DNA of 27,504 nt from Bdellovibrionota bacterium FG-1 (GTDB lineage Bacteria; Bdellovibrionota; UBA1018). The notes under the pieces are model-generated. The model was not told where the DNA came from, searched no databases, and saw only the letters and a list, made by a program, of their open reading frames with translations. How positions within the stretch are numbered: position 1 is the stretch's first letter; each line of letters opens with the position of its first letter. The stretch covers positions 1 to 27,504 of the forward strand of contig JBBCAW010000141.1 of NCBI GenBank assembly GCA_051382295.1. The letters run 5' to 3'. The position numbers and the translations under genes are program-made. This document shows, in pieces, positions 26,715-27,504 of this stretch.

Positions 26715-26882
26715 GTAGCTAGTCAGCCTTCAGCGAACAGCAATCAGCTTTATAAAAGGGTTCAAAGACATTCATTGCTGTTAGACGGATGTAACTTTTC
26801 GAAAGTTGTCTCAGACGGCTTTATAAATTCTTGTTTTTATTCGTCTTAGCTGACGCCTGTTAGCTGAAGGCTGACTAGCTAC
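26715..26882. mobile_element. MITE (168 bp) with 35-bp TIRs and an 8-bp target-site duplication
   Basis: TIR GTAGCTAGTCAGCCTTCAGC... at 26715-26749 versus 26848-26882 (31/35, first 20 perfect). GATGGATT is duplicated at 26707-26714 and 26883-26890. Confidence 0.9.
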
Positions 26883-26933
26883 GATGGATTTTGTATAACT
26901 ATCTAAAACCATGATGTTTTTTTAATATTACAT

Positions 26934-27009
26934 GATCATCCCGGGATTCCAGGTAAAAATCCTTATTCCCGGGAATCCCGGGATATTGACTTATTCTCGG
27001 GAATCCCGG
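26934..27009. repeat. Three ~20-bp repeats with a palindromic core at 28-bp period (operator-like)
   Basis: GATCATCCCGGGATTCCAGG (26934), CTTATTCCCGGGAATCCCGG (26962) and CTTATTCTCGGGAATCCCGG (26990). TTGACT lies at 26986-26991. Confidence 0.7.
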
Positions 27010-27021
27010 TAAATATAGAAT

Positions 27022-27322
27022 ATGAAGATTGCTTTGCCCAATAGTGCTTTCTTGGGAAATTTTGAAGCTTTTGTCCGCTCGTTTGATCCCATGGAAAGCG
27101 AACGCCTGAAGATTACAGCGAACAAAAAGTGGATTTCTGTTCATCCAGCCGTACTTGCCATGGTGGCGGCTCTGGGGCAGACCGTAAGGCCTTCTGCAAT
27201 TGTCTGTGAGCCGTTCGAGGCGAAGTCACGTCATTACTTTGAGCGCATGGGGTTGTTTAAGTTTTTGGGGGTTGATTCCTCGATCAAAGTGGTTGAGCAC
27301 GATCCAACGGGTCGTTTTATTC
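27022..27322 (+). pseudogene. IS-truncated gene, N-terminus resembling ATP-binding/HATPase-type proteins
   Basis: MKIALPNSAFLGN...YFERMGLFKFLG...EHDPTGRFIP then runs into the IS IR, so the ORF tail CLSGCH... is IS-derived. The family call is from recall only. Confidence 0.6.
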
Positions 27323-27504
27323 CCTGCTTATCCGGTTGTCACTTAATAGCATTTAAGCTACGGTGCGTCGCAGAGGGTTTTAGCGATGCCAACTGCGGGT
27401 CAAAAGCCACCGCCACCGAAAAACTCCCCTCCTGAATATCCGATAACCCATCTGGACTTTCAGCTCATGTTTCCTGATGAGGCGGCATGCCTCCTCTATC
27501 TGGA
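27323..27504 (+). mobile_element. Left end of an IS1595-family (ISSod11-like) element; IRL at 27323-27347
   Basis: 25-bp IR identical to the inverse of 103-127, followed by a transposase start. Confidence 0.9.
27386..27504 (+). CDS. IS1595-family transposase, N-terminal fragment (partial)
   Basis: MPTAGQKPPPPKNSPPEYPITHLDFQLMFPDEAACLLYL matches the FPDEAAC..YL lead-in to the IS1595 zinc ribbon. SD GAGGG upstream. Confidence 0.85.
   Translation, partial: MPTAGQKPPPPKNSPPEYPITHLDFQLMFPDEAACLLYL

Noticed and set aside
26934..27009. CRISPR array
   Set aside because: Only three ~20-bp repeats with 8-bp spacers, and no cas genes.
1..27504. Circular element carrying a single IS
   Set aside because: The inner 8-bp flanks do not match (AAAAATTT versus TTTTATTC).

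Overview
Bacterial genomic window of roughly 50% GC. Gene content suggests Bdellovibrionota/Oligoflexia (inference). Both ends run into copies of the same IS1595-family (ISSod11-type) element, with a perfect 25-bp IR at 103-127 and 27323-27347. The left copy truncates a DGR-class reverse transcriptase. That RT lies with a DUF6516/TumE-HTH pair and a small membrane ORF in a probable island at the 3' end of tRNA-Val(CAC). The right copy truncates an ORF resembling the N-terminus of ATP-binding (HATPase-type) proteins. The core region holds dedA, an exbB-exbD-tonB-TBDR-lipoprotein-MFS operon, dusC, two Zn-metallopeptidase lipoproteins, a GAF/HD-GYP protein with a stand-alone FliG-C, fadL, an acyltransferase with an SDR epimerase, a KamA-family radical SAM, an Slt, an FKBP PPIase and a fungal-type GH15 glucoamylase. 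Structure not in the ORF track: (1) a 44-aa peptide gene with a sequestered SD and 5'-3' fold-back, a type I toxin-like architecture; (2) an IS1/IS1595-like transposase with AAACTGGTCC inverted ends and a cognate hairpin MITE, together bracketing slt; (3) a second MITE with an 8-bp TSD; (4) att-arm-like repeats next to the tRNA; (5) in-frame stops near the 5' ends of two genes.
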